DNA from: Desulfohalobiaceae bacterium
GTDB lineage: Bacteria; Desulfobacterota; Desulfovibrionia; Desulfovibrionales; Desulfothermaceae
Reading direction: 5' to 3'
Length of the DNA: 64,000 bases
Assembly (NCBI GenBank): GCA_027013815.1
Contig: JALWFY010000111.1
Location: 46,642-110,641, forward strand
Each line of letters opens with the position of its first letter. The stretch's first letter is position 1. Shown in pieces: positions 59,560 to 64,000 of the stretch. Position numbers and translations under genes: made by a program. The notes under the pieces are model-generated. The model was given only the letters and a program-made list of their open reading frames with translations, was not told the origin of the DNA and made no database searches.

Positions 59560-60633
59560 TTATGCGACTATTTCCTTTACCTTTTGGGCTTGATGGTGTT
59601 GGATAAGTGGCTCTATGATCTCTTCTAGATCTCCATTTAATATAACTTCTAAATTATAAGTAGTGAGGCCAATCCTATGGTCTGTGACCCTTCCCTGGGG
59701 GAAATTATAGGTCCTTATCCTCTCTGACCTATCTCCACTACCCACCTGGGCCCTTCTTGCCTCATCCTGTTCCTGTTTTGCTTGCTCTTGCATCATCTGA
59801 AGTAAACGGGAGCGCAATACCTTCATGGCCTTGGCCTTATTCTTGTGTTGAGATTTTTCATCTTGACAAGTAACTACCAAACCAGTGGGTAAATGGGTAA
59901 TCCTTACTGCTGAGTCCGTGGTGTTAACACTTTGTCCCCCTGGCCCTGAGGCTCTGAACACATCTATTCTCAGATCTTTTGGATCTATCTCCACATCCAC
60001 CTCTTCAGCCTCTGGCAGGACTGCAACTGTAACCGCAGAGGTGTGAATCCTACCCTGGGACTCAGTAACAGGGACACGCTGTACCCGATGAACCCCTGAT
60101 TCGAACTTGAGTTTACTGTACACTTTTTCACCAGATATATTTACTATAACTTCTTTAAATCCACCTGCACCTGTGGAATGGGCATCAACTAACTCCACTT
60201 TCCACCTGTTCTTCTCTGAATAACGAGTATACATTCTAAGGAGGTCTGCAGCAAATAACGCGGCCTCTTCTCCCCCTGTACCTGCCCTAATCTCTAATAT
60301 TACAGACCTCTTGTCTAGGGGGTCTTCAGGAACTAATAGGACCTTTAATCTTTCTTCTAATTCTTTTAACCTATTTTCCAAGACCTCTGCTTCTGACCTG
60401 GCCAATTCCCGAATCTCTGGATCTGGATCCTTTGACAGCTCCCTATTCCCTTGAAGTTCCTGGTTTACTTCCTTGTATTCTCGATAAGTCTTTACTATTT
60501 CATCTAGTTCAGCATGGGATTTAGCAAGCTCTTTGTACTTTTCCTTATCTGAAAAGGCATCTGGGGAACTCAGTTTTTTCTCAAGTTCCAAATAACTATT
60601 TTCGATTTCATCTAATTTTGCAAAAATTCCCAT
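59560..60633 (-). CDS. prfA: peptide chain release factor 1
   Basis: 357 aa. The PxT-type tripeptide region (VTES... / RVQRVP), GGQ motif ([24 protein letters not shown]) and overall RF1 architecture. Confidence 0.96.
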   Translation of the reverse strand: MGIFAKLDEIENSYLELEKKLSSPDAFSDKEKYKELAKSHAELDEIVKTYREYKEVNQELQGNRELSKDPDPEIRELARSEAEVLENRLKELEERLKVLLVPEDPLDKRSVILEIRAGTGGEEAALFAADLLRMYTRYSEKNRWKVELVDAHSTGAGGFKEVIVNISGEKVYSKLKFESGVHRVQRVPVTESQGRIHTSAVTVAVLPEAEEVDVEIDPKDLRIDVFRASGPGGQSVNTTDSAVRITHLPTGLVVTCQDEKSQHKNKAKAMKVLRSRLLQMMQEQAKQEQDEARRAQVGSGDRSERIRTYNFPQGRVTDHRIGLTTYNLEVILNGDLEEIIEPLIQHHQAQKVKEIVA

Positions 60634-60698
60634 GGGATAATTCTTATTCTTTTTTCAATTTTTATCTTTATATATATACTCTAAAATTGAGCAAAAAA

Positions 60699-60902
60699 CT
60701 ACTCAAGATTATATTTTTTCTTAAATCTATCTATCCTTCCTGCAGTATCTACAAACCTCTGTTTCCCAGTATAAAATGGGTGGCAGTTGGAACATATTTC
60801 CACATGGACCTCTTCTGCCCTTGTGGATAAGGTCTCTATCTCAAATCCACACGCACATTTGTATATAGCCTTATACAGCTTTGGATGGATCTTTTTCTTC
60901 AT
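60699..60902 (-). CDS. rpmE: 50S ribosomal protein L31 (zinc-binding type A)
   Basis: [19 protein letters not shown]...[18 protein letters not shown]...F.KKY. Confidence 0.95.
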   Translation of the reverse strand: MKKKIHPKLYKAIYKCACGFEIETLSTRAEEVHVEICSNCHPFYTGKQRFVDTAGRIDRFKKKYNLE

Positions 60903-60930
60903 CTGACATTTTCCTCCTCATTATATTTAA

Positions 60931-60961
60931 AATAAAAATATTCCCTCAGAAGAAGGGAATG
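60931..60961 (-). terminator. intrinsic terminator after the hydrogenase operon
   Basis: The minus strand reads AUUCCCU-UCUUCUG-AGGGAAU followed by AUUUUUAUUUU. It lies between the maturation protease gene and rpmE. Confidence 0.7.
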
Positions 60962-61081
60962 TTTTATAACCCCTTTAAAAAAAAATTACAAGGCCTTTTA
61001 TTTAGGATTTTCTGGATTTGTCTAGGGGGTTTTAACACACTAAAATTTTTATTAAGTTATTAAAATATCCTGATAAAATCT

Positions 61082-61588
61082 CTAATACATCTTTCTTATC
61101 AATATATTAGAACCCTCTAGGATCCCTATCAGGACACCTAATGCCTGTTCAATGCCTTTTTTTGCCTCAGGGCTTAGTTCTAGTCCTGGCTCAAGGCTTT
61201 TTGGCACAATCCCAATAAGTTGTATCTTCTTTGGAAGGATCTCAGAAATAGTCATAATATGGAGCAAATCAGATATACCCAGTTGATGAGGAGAAATCTT
61301 TATTCTATAAAAATTAGGCTTTTCAAGTAGGTCAATGACAACCACGTGCCCTGGAGAACTCCCCTTTTTTTGGATTGCATCAATAATATATACTGCATCT
61401 TTGCCTTCCATATAATTTATAAGGGACATTCCACTGGTCCCACCATCCACTATCTCCACGTTGTCAGGGACTTCATATCTTTTTTCAAGCTCCTCCACTG
61501 CCCTGACTCCAATACCCTCGTCACCCATTAGTATATTTCCAACCCCCAGGACCACTACCTGGGGGTTATTTTTATTAACACTTTCCAT
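61082..61588 (-). CDS. hybD: [NiFe] hydrogenase maturation endopeptidase (HyaD/HybD family)
   Basis: 168 aa. VVLGVGNILMGDEGIGVRAVEEL...DGGT...AVYIIDA motifs. Directly downstream of the large subunit. Confidence 0.9.
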   Translation of the reverse strand: MESVNKNNPQVVVLGVGNILMGDEGIGVRAVEELEKRYEVPDNVEIVDGGTSGMSLINYMEGKDAVYIIDAIQKKGSSPGHVVVIDLLEKPNFYRIKISPHQLGISDLLHIMTISEILPKKIQLIGIVPKSLEPGLELSPEAKKGIEQALGVLIGILEGSNILIRKMY

Positions 61589-61591
61589 AAC

Positions 61592-63292
61592 TTAAAGTAC
61601 CCTCACCTTTACAACCTCATCATCATCTTCATTATGCAGGTGAATAGCACAGGCAAGACAGGGGTCAAAGGAGTGAACAGTACGAAGAACCTCCAAAGGT
61701 TTTTTGGGATCTGCTATTGGATTTCCTATCAAAGAGGCCTCATAAGGTCCTAATTCGTCTTTCTGATTTCGTGGACCTGCATTCCAGGTTGAAGGAACCA
61801 CTGCCTGATAGTTGGCAATCTTTTCATCCCTGATTATTACCCAGTGAGACAACATTCCCCTTGGGGCCTCGTGAAAACCAAATCCCTTGATCTCTCCCTT
61901 TGGAAATTTAGGAGAATGGAATGTATCATAATCTCCCTTGCCTATATTTTCAACTAGGGCGGTCCAAACCTCATCCAAGGTATCAGTTAAAACAGCAGCC
62001 CTTACAGCCCTTGCAGCATGACGACCAATTGTTGAATGGAGTGCAGAGAGTCCAATCTTTGTCCCTGCTATTTGAGACGCAATACTTAAGGCAGTATTTA
62101 CATATTTCTTTGTTGGTTTATGTCCAGCAGCATACATACACAAAACATTGGCTAGTGGCCCTACTTGAGCTGGTTTTTCTTTAAAATTCGGCGCCTTGAC
62201 CCATGAATACTTTTCTTCCACATCATAACCTGTATATTTAGGATCAGTTTCTTCCACCCATGGATGACGATTCCAATCACCGTCATACCAAGAATGTTTT
62301 ATGCATTCTTTAACATTGTCTTTAAAGAATGAGTCATTAAACGATTTAATAGGTTGAAATGTACTTAGATCACCATTTTCAATGTAACCACCTGGCATTA
62401 AGAACTTAGTGCCCTTTTCATCCATTGGAAGCTCAGGTACACTAAGATAGTTTGTCACACCAGAACCATATTTTGTCCAATCAGCATAAAAAGCACCAAC
62501 AGCTGCCACGTCCACTAGATATACCTTTTTCACAAATCCTTTAATATTATCTATCAGACTCTTTACGTACAAGAGTTGTTCCATAGTAAGGGGCGCAGGT
62601 GTATTTGGATCAACTGGATTTGCAACCCCACCAACTGCAAGGTTCTGGATATGAGGGGTCTTACTTCCCAATATAGCAACTACTTTATTGATCTCTCGTT
62701 GATAATCAAGTGCCTGGAAATAATGTGTAACAGCAAGGAGATTGACCTCTGGAGACAATTTCATAGCAGGGTGTCCCCAATATCCACTTCCAAATATACC
62801 TAGTTGTCCTGATGCCACAAATTTCCTTAACCTATCCTGAATGTCCTTAAATTCATTATAACTATTTTTGTGCCAATCTGAGATCTGTTCAGCAAGTTTT
62901 GCTGTCTTCTTTGGATCAGCCTGAAGAGCAGACACAATATCCACCCAGTCAAGGGCAGACAGCTGATAAAAATGGGTTATATGATCAAATATCCCATGGG
63001 CAGCTATTATTAAATTTCTAATGTACTGAGCATTTAAAGGGATATCCATGCCCAGGGCGTTTTCCACTGCCCTTACAGAACAAATGGCATGGACTGTAGT
63101 ACAAACCCCACATATCCTCTGTGTAAATATCCAGGCTTCCCTTGGGTCCCTTCCCTTTAAAATTACCTCTATACCCCTCCACATCTGGCCAGATGACCAG
63201 GCATTTTTTACTTCTCCACCATCTACTTCAACGTCTATCCTAAGATGTCCTTCTATTCTAGTAATTGGGTCAATGGTTATCCTCTTTCCCAT
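61592..63292 (-). CDS. hybC: [NiFe] hydrogenase large subunit (group 1, hyb-like), all-cysteine form
   Basis: 566 aa. N-terminal RIEGH and RICGVCTTVH motifs. C-terminal DPCLACAIH followed by a 15-aa extension that the maturation protease removes. Confidence 0.95.
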   Translation of the reverse strand: MGKRITIDPITRIEGHLRIDVEVDGGEVKNAWSSGQMWRGIEVILKGRDPREAWIFTQRICGVCTTVHAICSVRAVENALGMDIPLNAQYIRNLIIAAHGIFDHITHFYQLSALDWVDIVSALQADPKKTAKLAEQISDWHKNSYNEFKDIQDRLRKFVASGQLGIFGSGYWGHPAMKLSPEVNLLAVTHYFQALDYQREINKVVAILGSKTPHIQNLAVGGVANPVDPNTPAPLTMEQLLYVKSLIDNIKGFVKKVYLVDVAAVGAFYADWTKYGSGVTNYLSVPELPMDEKGTKFLMPGGYIENGDLSTFQPIKSFNDSFFKDNVKECIKHSWYDGDWNRHPWVEETDPKYTGYDVEEKYSWVKAPNFKEKPAQVGPLANVLCMYAAGHKPTKKYVNTALSIASQIAGTKIGLSALHSTIGRHAARAVRAAVLTDTLDEVWTALVENIGKGDYDTFHSPKFPKGEIKGFGFHEAPRGMLSHWVIIRDEKIANYQAVVPSTWNAGPRNQKDELGPYEASLIGNPIADPKKPLEVLRTVHSFDPCLACAIHLHNEDDDEVVKVRVL

Positions 63293-63322
63293 ATCTATCT
63301 CTCCTTAACACTTTTTATTTTA

Positions 63323-64000
63323 TTATTTATTTTTGGATGGTAATGCCAACACTGGAAACCTTTTTACCACATATAAATAACCTAAAATCTCCACTGAAAT
63401 CACACCAAAGGTGATTATCAGTTCAGGAGCAGTAGGAAAATAATGCCATCCATTCCCAGGGTTAAATCCACATATATATGTATCAAATCTGTAAAGACCT
63501 GCTCCTAAGAGCACACAAAAAGCCGCAATAAAAACTTTTTTAACATTGGTCCTATTCTCAGGCTTCCATAAAATGATAAGTCCAATTAAAAGCAAAAAGG
63601 TTTCAATCAAAAACATATTGCCTGGTAGATCTCCCTTAAATATCTGAGACAGTGCCCCCCTTGCATTGATGTCTTGAATCCTCATTATCAAAAATATCCC
63701 TATTAGCCATGGGATGACCCCAGATAATTTTGTGAGCAACTTAAACTCATGGGTATTTTTAAAGGCTACCCCAGAGACACTTGTCTCAAAGATTACAATA
63801 CAATACCCCATCATTATGGCACAAATCAAAAAGAACAAGGGCAAAAGCTTTGACCAATAGAGAGGGGATAGCTTGTGTCCCGCCAGTATCATCAAAGTAC
63901 CTAAAGAAGATTGGTGCATAGTGGGAAGTAACATTCCTAGGGCAACAAAAATAAACAATACTTTGTTTAATTTCTCCTCAATATCCTCTACTTTTAGCAT
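63323..64000 (-). CDS. hybB: hydrogenase membrane anchor subunit, HybB/NrfD-like polytopic protein; C-terminal part only, 5' end probably outside the window
   Basis: Hydrophobic multi-TM translation immediately upstream of the large subunit, as in hybOABCD. The ORF runs to the window edge, and the ATG at the edge may be coincidental. Confidence 0.7.
   Translation of the reverse strand: MLKVEDIEEKLNKVLFIFVALGMLLPTMHQSSLGTLMILAGHKLSPLYWSKLLPLFFLICAIMMGYCIVIFETSVSGVAFKNTHEFKLLTKLSGVIPWLIGIFLIMRIQDINARGALSQIFKGDLPGNMFLIETFLLLIGLIILWKPENRTNVKKVFIAAFCVLLGAGLYRFDTYICGFNPGNGWHYFPTAPELIITFGVISVEILGYLYVVKRFPVLALPSKNK

Noticed and set aside
61592-63292. Possibility that the hydrogenase large subunit is a [NiFeSe] selenoprotein
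   Set aside because: The ORF is uninterrupted, and the C-terminal motif is DPCLACAIH with Cys at both positions. There is no in-frame TGA.
1-64000. CRISPR arrays, rRNA operons, IS elements, prophage or integrase genes
   Set aside because: None were found on reading both strands. The only repeats seen are the short intergenic families reported above.

Overview
AT-rich bacterial chromosomal window, densely coding and mostly core housekeeping. The gene content suggests a diderm, motile, hydrogen-using anaerobe; the taxon cannot be established from sequence alone.

Gene order, left to right:
- nadC (3' end) and nadB.
- A minus-strand block: HMA-tailed permease, B12/radical-SAM protein, mltG, ruvX, a 1183-aa FAD-oxidase/Fe-S fusion and an ADP-forming acetyl-CoA synthetase.
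- hypF, an MCP, and a UPF0597 cysteine-desulfidase-like gene.
- A radical-SAM / HD-GYP / class IV aminotransferase cluster.
- A long minus-strand run: ileS-lspA-lgt-PLDc_N-ybgF-PilZ-CheX-like-(small gene)-pit-DUF47-HD.
- PNP, motA-motB-PilZ-ssb, a SWIM/SNF2 helicase and rel.
- LysR-selD.
- The full alpha/spc/S10 ribosomal cluster (rplQ to rpsJ), preceded by tuf and a tRNA Thr-Tyr-Gly-Thr array.
- lpxC, prmC, prfA and rpmE.
- The 3' part of a hyb-type [NiFe] hydrogenase operon.

No rRNA, CRISPR array, transposase or integrase was seen.

Main hunt results:
1. An unlisted small gene directly upstream of pit encodes a Cys-rich CopZ-N-terminal/BFD-like protein. Its in-frame TGA sits where the family, as I recall it, has the first Cys of a terminal CC metal-ligand pair, so it is a candidate new selenoprotein.
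2. selD is itself UGA-recoded (SGUAAKI). Its true start overlaps the stop of an upstream LysR gene (ATGA).
3. Both UGA codons are followed by hairpins with G/U apical loops. Both also carry an identical UGGAAGAA octamer at the same offset from the UGA.
4. Two families of intergenic repeats are present: 7-nt periodic tracts, and a roughly 97-nt structured element in two copies.

All homology statements come from reading the translations and from memory of protein families. No database search was run.
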